Below, piece after piece: positions 46,355-53,697 of a DNA stretch of 53,697 nucleotides. The notes under the pieces were generated by a model that made no database searches, had not been told where the DNA came from, and worked only from the letters and a program-made list of their open reading frames with translations. This DNA is from a virus (taxonomy: Duplodnaviria; Caudoviricetes): positions 1-53,697 of the IMG/VR virus record IMGVR_UViG_3300047301_000253. One strand, 5' to 3'. Position 1 is the first letter of the stretch. Each line of letters opens with the position of its first letter. The position numbers and the translations under genes are program-made.

Positions 46355-46580
46355 GACGGTACACCACGCGACCCTTCCCAAAATCATATGGAGAGCATTC
46401 TACGTCCACCAAGTCACCGAGAAGAATGTGGATACTGTTCTTGCGCAGTTTTCCACTTGGATATGCGGTGATGATGAACTTGTTTTTGTTCTCACCGTGA
46501 ACTACCTCAACGAAGATAACTGAATTACTTACGTCTACAACTGTTCCGGTGAAAGGAACTCCATCTTCTTTATTACTCAT
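46341..46580 (-). CDS. infA: Translation initiation factor IF-1
   Basis: GTVVD, AYPSGKLRKNSIHILLGDLVDVECSPYDFGKGRVVYR; start at MSNKE. Confidence 0.92.
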   Translation of the reverse strand: MSNKEDGVPFTGTVVDVSNSVIFVEVVHGENKNKFIITAYPSGKLRKNSIHILLGDLVDVECSPYDFGKGRVVYRHARR

Positions 46581-46896
46581 TTGTCTTTTCGACTCCTTCA
46601 TGTATTTCTGCTTCAATAGGCGCGAGCGGATCTTCTGGGATAGAGGCGTAGAATTGCTCTAGTAGTTCAGACGCCGCAATAAACTTTCTGGCATGTGCGA
46701 TAGTATCTTGATGAAAAATGCCATGAAGTGGATTGACATCATTGTCTCCGTCGCCTTCTTGCGAAAGCAGATGCGAGAAATTAACGCAATCAAATTCAGG
46801 TGAGGCAATCTTTTCAAGCAAATTCTTGACAAGTAGTCGTTTCGACAGTTGTCGGGCTGCATTATAGGCGGTTAGCTCTTCGTTTGTGTCGGTCAT
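46573..46896 (-). CDS. Hypothetical protein
   Basis: 107-aa ORF with an AAGGA SD. Confidence 0.6.
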   Translation of the reverse strand: MTDTNEELTAYNAARQLSKRLLVKNLLEKIASPEFDCVNFSHLLSQEGDGDNDVNPLHGIFHQDTIAHARKFIAASELLEQFYASIPEDPLAPIEAEIHEGVEKTNE

Positions 46897-46936
46897 TTTG
46901 TTCCTTTGTTCGGTATGGATAAGGGCCTATCTTGCG

Positions 46937-47305
46937 ATGAGACTCTTTATTCCTGATTTTTCTCTTTTCAAGTCTGCTGCAGATGGCGCTCCAGTGGAGC
47001 CTGTCGCTCCTGCTGAGGAAGAGGTCACTATTGATCCGGCTGCATTACAGCCCATTCCAGAGGGCGCGCCATTGGCTTCGCCAGCCGTGCCTGCTGGCGC
47101 CCCTCCTGCCGATATCCCATTGTCTTTGGATCCAAATACTCAGACAATGCCAGATGGACTTGCACCAGAAGAAAAAGAAGACCCGATTCAGGCGCTGAAG
47201 GCCGTACTTCATGGTATACTTGATGATGACAGCGAAATTGATCAAGCTGACGAGGTCGTTCTCGAAGAAGAGAGTGCTGATTCAGTAGATGATGTAGAAG
47301 AATAA
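46937..47305 (+). CDS. Pro/Ala-rich acidic hypothetical protein; only plus-strand gene
   Basis: Fills the gap between two minus-strand genes; ATG at 46937; convergent with uvsE. Confidence 0.7.
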   Translation: MRLFIPDFSLFKSAADGAPVEPVAPAEEEVTIDPAALQPIPEGAPLASPAVPAGAPPADIPLSLDPNTQTMPDGLAPEEKEDPIQALKAVLHGILDDDSEIDQADEVVLEEESADSVDDVEE

Positions 47306-47307
47306 AG

Positions 47308-48246
47308 CTACAGTACATTGATTCCTAGCTTATTTAGCTCTGGCAATACTCCTAGATTTTTTCCTTTGAATTCCATTTCAATATCGACCAAGCCATCTAG
47401 CAGCATTTCTTTTTGAAAATCAGGAATATAGTGCAGCGAATAGCTGTGCTGCCTGCGCTCTGTAAAAGAGCTGTTTTCTTTTCCAGGCGTAGTGTTTGAT
47501 AGGTGTTGGATTGGCAGAATTCCCGCCGCCCATGTCGTTGCAGCTAGTTTTGCGGCCTCTTTCCCCGAGAGCCTATCTTCATTAAATGTATGATGGTGAC
47601 TATCAAAGACAATTGGAGTCGCCGTTCGCTCACTAACTTTGAGTAGTTGTCGCACAGAGTAGCAGCTTTCATCATTTTCAAGGGTTAGCCGACTACGGGC
47701 GCCCGGAGTAAGTCGACCAATTGACTCGACAAGTTTATCTTCTCTGTCTGATTTTCCACCATGCACATTTATAGAGAACTGCGGGGATTGGGCTAAGCCC
47801 ATCTGGTCAAAGATCCAAGATTGGTTCTCAATCTCGCGAATTGCAGAATCTACTACACTGGCGGTGTCTGATGACAATACTGTGAATTGGCCTGGGTGCG
47901 TAGATACTCGCATCTTCAGTGCTGCGATTTTTGTTCCCAATCCACTAAGAGCATCAACAACGTGTTTGTTGTTCCAAACTGACTGATCGACTATATCCAT
48001 CAGTGGCAGCATTCCGCTACTTAGTCGAAAGTGTGATATCTTTGATGCAGCCACTATGTCTAGGGCCTTAGATACTTCAGCGATATTGTGAAGATATGTC
48101 AGCGTGATGTTTGTATCAGGATAGTTTCTCGCCTTATAGCGGCCTAGCTGGAGGGACTTCTCTTCAATTATGTTGAAATCATATTCTGTGCCTGCTTTTG
48201 GCTTGACTTTTTTAGTTAGCCACTGGCAACAAATTCCTATCGTCAT
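47308..48246 (-). CDS. uvsE: UV damage endonuclease UvsE/UvdE
   Basis: FRLSS, HPGQFTVLSS, NVHGG, LTLENDE, FDSHHH, QHLS, EFKGK. Confidence 0.93.
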   Translation of the reverse strand: MTIGICCQWLTKKVKPKAGTEYDFNIIEEKSLQLGRYKARNYPDTNITLTYLHNIAEVSKALDIVAASKISHFRLSSGMLPLMDIVDQSVWNNKHVVDALSGLGTKIAALKMRVSTHPGQFTVLSSDTASVVDSAIREIENQSWIFDQMGLAQSPQFSINVHGGKSDREDKLVESIGRLTPGARSRLTLENDESCYSVRQLLKVSERTATPIVFDSHHHTFNEDRLSGKEAAKLAATTWAAGILPIQHLSNTTPGKENSSFTERRQHSYSLHYIPDFQKEMLLDGLVDIEMEFKGKNLGVLPELNKLGINVL

Positions 48247-48252
48247 TCTGCT

Positions 48253-48576
48253 TTATGCCTCTTCTCGGCCCGACGGGCCTGCTGCGTTCGGATCTGGTTG
48301 GGGCGGTTTTGCTAGTACACCATTCTCATAGTAACTGCGATATTCTGATTTGCCATTTTTGTCAAAGTGTTCAAGGGCTGGCCCCTCATTGACTCGGCGA
48401 TGAAAACTACCTCTTTTCAAGGTAAAGAGTCTTTCTCTGACAATGCCGCTATCTGAGAAGATGATCATCAATTTGTTATCTTCGATGTCTTTTAATACCA
48501 GAACTCCATGAGAGAACTCACATAGCTTGGAATAGGTTGGCCACTTTGCCATCTCTTCATAGGTACTTAGGTCCAT
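48253..48576 (-). CDS. Hypothetical protein, paralog 1 of 3 (GPA motif)
   Basis: MDLSTYEEMAKW...HRRVNEGPA...YYENG. Confidence 0.7.
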   Translation of the reverse strand: MDLSTYEEMAKWPTYSKLCEFSHGVLVLKDIEDNKLMIIFSDSGIVRERLFTLKRGSFHRRVNEGPALEHFDKNGKSEYRSYYENGVLAKPPQPDPNAAGPSGREEA

Positions 48577-48587
48577 ATTTTGTCTTT

Positions 48588-48932
48588 CTATGCAAGCTCA
48601 TCGAACAACCCTCGAAAGGTCGCCGATTCAGGAGCCTTTTGCCGCACTCCCATTATGAAATATGCTTCTGCAAAAATACCGCGATTTTTAGTGTAGCATC
48701 TGTATGCGGGCCCATCTTCTATGGGCTTATTATATTCCCATAGATCGCCGCTTGCAGCGTAAAATCTCTCAGCATGGAGTTCTCCGCTAGGGAAAAAAAC
48801 TAGGGTTAGTCGTTTCTCTTTTGTCTCAAAGACAACAATCGAGCCATATGATGACGTGTTTTCGTAATAGTCGGTTGGAATTCCATATACTGGAATCCAC
48901 TTCTGTATCTCCTCGTAAGTTACTAGATTCAC
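48588..48932 (-). CDS. Hypothetical protein, paralog 2 of 3
   Basis: MNLVTYEEIQKW...EDGPAY...YFIMG. Confidence 0.7.
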   Translation of the reverse strand: MNLVTYEEIQKWIPVYGIPTDYYENTSSYGSIVVFETKEKRLTLVFFPSGELHAERFYAASGDLWEYNKPIEDGPAYRCYTKNRGIFAEAYFIMGVRQKAPESATFRGLFDELA

Positions 48933-49279
48933 AGTGGTTCTCCTAGTTTAGGTGGAGTGACTCCTTCATCTTTTAATTCGTCTGAATGTACTCTTCTTCC
49001 ATTTAGATAATATCTGAAATGAATGAGCTTCCCATCTGAATCAAATTCTAAGTAAGCAGGCCCATCCCTGAGGTATCTAGTGGTGCAATCATTTGTCATA
49101 AATAATTGTGTTTGAACTCCATCTGAAAAAATAGCTAAATCAAGTGTGCGTCGATGCCGAGCACCACTGGGCCGATCACTCAGAGTAACATTCATGAGTG
49201 TTATGTGAGTGGTCACAACAATTGGCTCTGTATAGATTGGCAGCCATTTTGCTATTTTCTCATAAGTGTCGAGATTCAT
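48929..49279 (-). CDS. Hypothetical protein, paralog 3 of 3
   Basis: MNLDTYEKIAKW...RDGPAY...YYLNG. Confidence 0.7.
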   Translation of the reverse strand: MNLDTYEKIAKWLPIYTEPIVVTTHITLMNVTLSDRPSGARHRRTLDLAIFSDGVQTQLFMTNDCTTRYLRDGPAYLEFDSDGKLIHFRYYLNGRRVHSDELKDEGVTPPKLGEPL

Positions 49280-49287
49280 GCTGGATT

Positions 49288-49605
49288 TTATGGTCCACCG
49301 AACTTCTTCTTAAGTTCTTCGAACTGGCGGCGTTCTCGATCTAGCTGCTCTGCCTGGCGTTTTTTATCCGCTTTGTCTTGCAGTTCTATTTCTTCAGGAG
49401 TCATTGGCCTTAGTCCAGAGAGTTCTAGCACTTCACTACCATGATCATTTTCTCTATAGAAATTGACATCAACCCAGCCTGCTAAAACAGCTTTTTTGCC
49501 GGCCTCCACAAGTTCTGACATTTCTTCGAGGGTGGCATAGCATCCAATCCCAACTGTCCCGAGACTAACTTCGATGTATTTTTTCATGTTTAATACTTTC
49601 CCCAT
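49288..49605 (-). CDS. Hypothetical protein
   Basis: Ends R.MTPEE...ERRQFEELKKKFG; start may be at 49587. Confidence 0.65.
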   Translation of the reverse strand: MGKVLNMKKYIEVSLGTVGIGCYATLEEMSELVEAGKKAVLAGWVDVNFYRENDHGSEVLELSGLRPMTPEEIELQDKADKKRQAEQLDRERRQFEELKKKFGGP

Positions 49606-49645
49606 AGTGGCACTACGGCCCGGCTCTTAGCCTAAGATATCTATT

Positions 49646-50629
49646 TTATAGGTTCCAAGCAGTTTTAGTGATTGTTGATGTGTCAGACAATTTGTATCCT
49701 TTAAATCGGACCAATTCGCCCGTTTCTGTAATACAAAGACCATCCCCACGACCGGCCAATCGTTCTGCGCCATTGCAGTCAAGGACCACTCTCGATGCTG
49801 TCGCATTTGCAGTCTTAAAAGCAATCTTGACTGGAAAATTTGCCTTTAACTCGCCACTGAGCAACTTTGCGGTTGGTGCCTGGGTGCCTGCAATAACATG
49901 AATGCCTGCCGCTCGGCCTTTTTGAGCAAGCTGAAGTAGTGGAGTACTAAATGTATCTCCATAAGTAAGTACAGCATCAGCTAATTCGTCAATGATTAAG
50001 ACGACAGGAGTCATGCCACCTAACGCGGCCCATTCCCTTATGTTCTTTGCGCCAACTTTTGCCATCGCTTGATAGTTCTGGTTCATAAGGTCTACCAAAT
50101 AGTTCATTGTTGGAATAAACGCATCTGGATTTGCAGCGTGATAAAATCGAGGATACTTTCCTACATACTCGCCAAACTCACCCCATTTTGGGTCAATGGC
50201 AAAAACATGCATATTTTGGCTTAATGCCCAACGTATCGCTCCGTGCATCCAGTAGGATTTGCCTGAGCCGGTTGTACCTGCAACCATAATGTGGGGAGCG
50301 AGTGGCAAGGATATAGACTTATGCGTTCCGTCAGCAAGAATGCCTAGCGGTACACTATAAGGTCGAGCCATAATTGGCAACAGCTGGCTCATAATGGGCT
50401 CACTTAACCAATTCACTTGAATCTCCCCCTCTTCAAACTTTGGGACGACAGTTGCCGGACCTGCTGCATGAACAGCAAGTGAAAAATCAATTGCTAATTT
50501 TTCTACTGACTTAAGGGTTGTTCCAATATCAGGTTTAAACCTCAATGTTCTAGATACATAATTTTCTTCGTATCGCCAGTCTGCACCTGAGATTTTTTTA
50601 GACTTCAGGAAGTCAATTGCTTTGTTCAT
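49646..50629 (-). CDS. FtsK/SpoIIIE motor-domain protein, no membrane anchor or gamma domain
   Basis: APHIMVAGTTGSGKS, IDPK, IIDELAD, GRAAGIH..GTQ, KANFP, SRVVLD..GAERLAGRGDGL. Confidence 0.9.
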   Translation of the reverse strand: MNKAIDFLKSKKISGADWRYEENYVSRTLRFKPDIGTTLKSVEKLAIDFSLAVHAAGPATVVPKFEEGEIQVNWLSEPIMSQLLPIMARPYSVPLGILADGTHKSISLPLAPHIMVAGTTGSGKSYWMHGAIRWALSQNMHVFAIDPKWGEFGEYVGKYPRFYHAANPDAFIPTMNYLVDLMNQNYQAMAKVGAKNIREWAALGGMTPVVLIIDELADAVLTYGDTFSTPLLQLAQKGRAAGIHVIAGTQAPTAKLLSGELKANFPVKIAFKTANATASRVVLDCNGAERLAGRGDGLCITETGELVRFKGYKLSDTSTITKTAWNL

Positions 50630-51334
50630 TTAATACAATCTGACCAGCGTGGCTGGTTTGGCTGCTATGTTTTGCAAATCTTGCAGAGAGTCAGCAGACC
50701 AAATCAAATAGCTATCATCATGACAGTACACATTCAGGATTTGGTAAGGGACATCGAACTTCGATGCTGCCAGTCTATTTTGATTATATAGGTAAGTTTT
50801 ACTGATTCGATCAGAATCTCTCTTAACGTTTATGACTAAAAGAGTCTCCACTCCACCAGAACGGCAAGAGGCAAGACTATCGATCTCGATTTGACCGTTA
50901 TGGGACGTAGTTCTCCAATGATCTTGAATTCTTGACACATCCGAGAAGTCAGATATATAGTTCAACGCGCCACTTGCGTAAATCTTAGCTAGAGCACCTT
51001 GCTCATCTTTGGTGACATATCTTGCTGCCAGCCCACTTAAGGAGTCTGGCAGTAGCATCGCTTGATCAATCTCAAGAGGATCGATGAGATTTGATTCAAC
51101 AGGCACAAATACGTATTGCCCTTTGCCTTGCTGCAATATGCCATATCCAGAAAATGGCAAGTCTTCTCTTGAGTCGAATGTATAGCGAATGTCGGCAATA
51201 TTCTTCACTGACAAACCAAGATTACGCGCGGCGTTTTCGATGTCTTGCTTTGAAAAGAAATATGAGCCATTAGGCTCACTGCCTGCAAGCAAGCTCTCCC
51301 AACAAGATTGAATTATCCGCGAGTAATTACTCAT
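50630..51334 (-). CDS. Restriction-endonuclease-like PD-(D/E)XK protein
   Basis: KNIADIRYTFDSREDLP, GKGQYVF, DEQGAL, GQIEIDSL...VINVK. Confidence 0.6.
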   Translation of the reverse strand: MSNYSRIIQSCWESLLAGSEPNGSYFFSKQDIENAARNLGLSVKNIADIRYTFDSREDLPFSGYGILQQGKGQYVFVPVESNLIDPLEIDQAMLLPDSLSGLAARYVTKDEQGALAKIYASGALNYISDFSDVSRIQDHWRTTSHNGQIEIDSLASCRSGGVETLLVINVKRDSDRISKTYLYNQNRLAASKFDVPYQILNVYCHDDSYLIWSADSLQDLQNIAAKPATLVRLY

Positions 51335-51732
51335 TTTGTCAGTTTCTCTTTCCAGTCTTTATGCGCCCCTGATGTAGAAGTAATTTCGTAAATAGCATCC
51401 CAGGCAATATACACAAATGAAGCTTTACCTGAAAATGCCAGGGTGCCGAAAACGCCGGAATTATCTGTGCCGAAATCAGGTATGGAAAATTTCTTACTCC
51501 ATTTAAATGAGGCACTGCCGCTACTAGCTGCAGCTACGCTGGGAGGCAATCTGTTGTTTGGATGCGCGCACAAAAATGTCGTAATAACTGTATCGCCAGT
51601 GTCAAAGTTTGACACGAAAAACTGCTGTTCTTCTTTTGGAGACAATGGAGTATCGGTCCAGCGGTCTACCGATAGAAGCTTTCCTTCTTTCCAGTCAACA
51701 TGGTAAACGCAGTATTCATCGCTCTTTTTCAT
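51331..51732 (-). CDS. Hypothetical protein
   Basis: 133-aa ORF, ATGA-coupled. Confidence 0.6.
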   Translation of the reverse strand: MKKSDEYCVYHVDWKEGKLLSVDRWTDTPLSPKEEQQFFVSNFDTGDTVITTFLCAHPNNRLPPSVAAASSGSASFKWSKKFSIPDFGTDNSGVFGTLAFSGKASFVYIAWDAIYEITSTSGAHKDWKEKLTK

Positions 51733-51965
51733 GGAATTACCAAATCCACCAGTTTGGCGGTTGGCTTCCTGTTATTACTTGTTCTTTTAAGAATCCAATC
51801 GCCATTCATCTCAAGAATAACCTTAGCTTGGGTGGCAATTGGCCTATACCTTTCGAGTAGCTCAATAAAACTATTGTCGGTCTGCGCCGCTAATGACTGG
51901 CTGAAACGAAAGCCGCCAGTACAAACAATGTCCTGCGATTCAATTAGATATTCGTCTAGTTTCAT
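51729..51965 (-). CDS. Hypothetical protein (MKLDEY start)
   Basis: 78-aa ORF in the series. Confidence 0.55.
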   Translation of the reverse strand: MKLDEYLIESQDIVCTGGFRFSQSLAAQTDNSFIELLERYRPIATQAKVILEMNGDWILKRTSNNRKPTAKLVDLVIP

Positions 51966-51967
51966 TA

Positions 51968-52438
51968 TTATACCGTTTCACAAGGCGTCCCAGCAAGTGC
52001 AAAGACAGCCGCCATTTCTTTAATCCACTGCTCGCCATTTTTTGCATACCATGCGATTTCATCTTCACGAGCTTTTGTATCTGCATCTAGTGCTGAAATC
52101 AGCGCTTCTGCTTCTTCTGCCGATAGCAAAATCCGGCTAAGTTCACTTTCAATCATTCGGATCGGACCGTCATCTCGGCTCAATACAAGTTGATAGCGCA
52201 GTGCGCTATAATCGCATACCCAATAGTTGATTTTGTTTGCGCCGAATAGGATTGATCTTTCATCTCCTTTTACGACGAGTGGATTCTTTTCATCAAACAT
52301 TGGGAACTTGCCTGAATAAAAATTAGGCTTAGCTACACCCTCAAACCACTGCTCAATCACTTCTTTGCTAAACGCAGCGTAAAGGTAGTCTTTGTTGTCG
52401 AGAGCATAGGTACCGGAAATCTGAGGATTGGCTTGCAT
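51968..52438 (-). CDS. Hypothetical protein
   Basis: 156-aa ORF, TAATG-coupled. Confidence 0.6.
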   Translation of the reverse strand: MQANPQISGTYALDNKDYLYAAFSKEVIEQWFEGVAKPNFYSGKFPMFDEKNPLVVKGDERSILFGANKINYWVCDYSALRYQLVLSRDDGPIRMIESELSRILLSAEEAEALISALDADTKAREDEIAWYAKNGEQWIKEMAAVFALAGTPCETV

Positions 52439-52923
52439 TATTGTTTGTCTCCTAATTTTGTTATGTAGTTGGCTGCGGCTTCAATATTGAGGATGAAATT
52501 GTAGTCTGATAGCTTGCTGTGAGTTTGAAAGGCTGCGCCAATTTCTGCCTGAGCGGCTGAGTATGCTATCTTTCGTACTTTTGCCATATGGCTGATGATT
52601 GGCTCAATTGGTCCCTTTAGACTCCAAAACCCAATGTGACACACTTGATGGCACTTCTTGCACAATGGCAGTACTTCCATTAAACGTTGGACACAAATGC
52701 CGTCTACCTCGTCAACCTCATATTGCCAAATTTCGTGGCAATCTAATGACTTTGGCTTGGCGGCGCAGAAAGCACAAACTGCCCCATGCTTTGCCAGACA
52801 GGCTTGCCTAAAGTCTTGCCAATTCTTTTTACTTAAGATTGCTCTTAGATTTTGATTAAAGGCCGAAGCAGGAACAAGCTGTGGGCCGCAGTGCCTTGGA
52901 AAGTTATAGATACTTGCGGACAT
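52438..52923 (-). CDS. HNH-like zinc-binding endonuclease
   Basis: W..FR, CAFC, LDCHEIWQY, LCKKCHQVCH. Confidence 0.8.
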   Translation of the reverse strand: MSASIYNFPRHCGPQLVPASAFNQNLRAILSKKNWQDFRQACLAKHGAVCAFCAAKPKSLDCHEIWQYEVDEVDGICVQRLMEVLPLCKKCHQVCHIGFWSLKGPIEPIISHMAKVRKIAYSAAQAEIGAAFQTHSKLSDYNFILNIEAAANYITKLGDKQ

Positions 52924-53236
52924 AGATAATCAATGACTTGGTTAGGCTAATGTCGAGGTTTGAACTACCCAACTTAACTTTCTTTTTTGTTTGGGCGCCG
53001 CCCATTTCAATATTCCAAACGCCATCGATGTGAATTGCATGGACTTCAATATTTAGATGCTTGATTACTGCCAACACATTTCGGGGATCAATGGGGTCAT
53101 CGGGCTTTGGCATGACAAACATACTGCCTGCAAAAGTAACTCTGCTATTGTCGATCACATCTTTGGTGAATCGACGACCTAGCTCTTCCCAGTCTTGAAG
53201 TTTGATAACAAATTGTTGTTCCGCTGCGCTTATCAT
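52904..53236 (-). CDS. Hypothetical protein
   Basis: 110-aa ORF. Confidence 0.6.
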   Translation of the reverse strand: MISAAEQQFVIKLQDWEELGRRFTKDVIDNSRVTFAGSMFVMPKPDDPIDPRNVLAVIKHLNIEVHAIHIDGVWNIEMGGAQTKKKVKLGSSNLDISLTKSLIIYVRKYL

Positions 53237-53239
53237 GGT

Positions 53240-53653
53240 TCACTCTGCTGTGGTTAAGAAATTGTTCAACTCTAGAGCGATTGACTCTGGAAATGCCGAC
53301 ATCATCTTGCGGAAGATCTCCTCGTCAAACTTCTTACTCATTACACTTACGGCCTTGGCTGGCGGAGGTGCATCATAATGAAGATTGTAGCTGCCCGTCC
53401 GGCCAGTAAGGCTCACTTTTAGTCCAAGGCTATCTTCGCCAAATGTCATAACAAGGTGATGAACTTGATCAGGAATACCTTCAACGAAATCCCTGATTTC
53501 CTGTACTGAAAAGACACGAAGGGTAGTGGGCGGATCATAGGGGCGCTGCTTGTCTCGCAAGATAATGGCGGCACGAAAGCTGCCATCATCTGCTTTAAGT
53601 TGAGCGATTACATCAGAGATTGCATCTTTGATTGTCTTGTTGCCATTGTCCAT
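53240..53653 (-). CDS. Hypothetical protein
   Basis: 137-aa ORF with an AGGAG SD 6 nt upstream. Confidence 0.65.
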   Translation of the reverse strand: MDNGNKTIKDAISDVIAQLKADDGSFRAAIILRDKQRPYDPPTTLRVFSVQEIRDFVEGIPDQVHHLVMTFGEDSLGLKVSLTGRTGSYNLHYDAPPPAKAVSVMSKKFDEEIFRKMMSAFPESIALELNNFLTTAE

Positions 53654-53669
53654 TTGAGGCTCCTATAGA

Positions 53670-53697
53670 GGGGTTGAGGGAGTTAGGGGAGTTGGGG
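53670..53697 (+). repeat. G-rich short tandem repeat / G-quadruplex motif, truncated by the window edge
   Basis: GGGG-TTGA-GGG-AGTTA-GGGG-AGTT-GGGG. Confidence 0.6.

Noticed and set aside
1-53697. Stop-codon reassignment, as seen in some large phages
   Set aside because: Conserved genes are full length in code 11, and TAA, TGA and TAG all end genes at sensible positions.
1-53697. tRNA genes or CRISPR array
   Set aside because: No cloverleaf or regularly spaced repeat was seen in the few intergenic gaps. This was by eye only; tRNAscan-SE and a CRISPR finder would be definitive.

Overview
A 53.7-kb, very gene-dense piece of what looks like a large (jumbo/huge) dsDNA bacteriophage genome. It reads in standard code 11. 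All convincing genes but one are on the minus strand, and many are coupled by ATGA/TAATG overlaps. No capsid or terminase gene lies in the window, so the phage call is an inference. It rests on the mosaic of short orphan genes, tandem paralogs, homing endonucleases and inteins, plus divergent stand-alone host-like genes (bS21, IF-1, peptide deformylase, GroEL without GroES, ClpP, GuaB/GuaC, dUTPase, UvsE). Contents from left to right: (1) a recombination block with a RecB-like PD-(D/E)XK nuclease split by a Gly-initiated intein, SbcC/SbcD and a lone primase Zn finger; (2) ClpP, bS21 and two WGR-type proteins; (3) a 12-kb glycan biosynthesis island that includes an RmlD-like reductase interrupted by a LAGLIDADG intein; (4) a translationally coupled R2K ATP-grasp / atypical RNase HII / exonuclease-less family-A (TV-Pol-like) polymerase unit, followed by a 355-nt structured non-coding gap and a thermonuclease whose Shine-Dalgarno site is hairpin-occluded, which is the best candidate for an undescribed system; (5) metabolic, chaperone and translation genes; (6) families of small paralogs, many starting with M-x-L-x-x-Y; (7) a G-quadruplex-like repeat at the right edge. 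I saw no tRNA, rRNA or CRISPR array. All family assignments come from motif recognition by eye, not from database searches.
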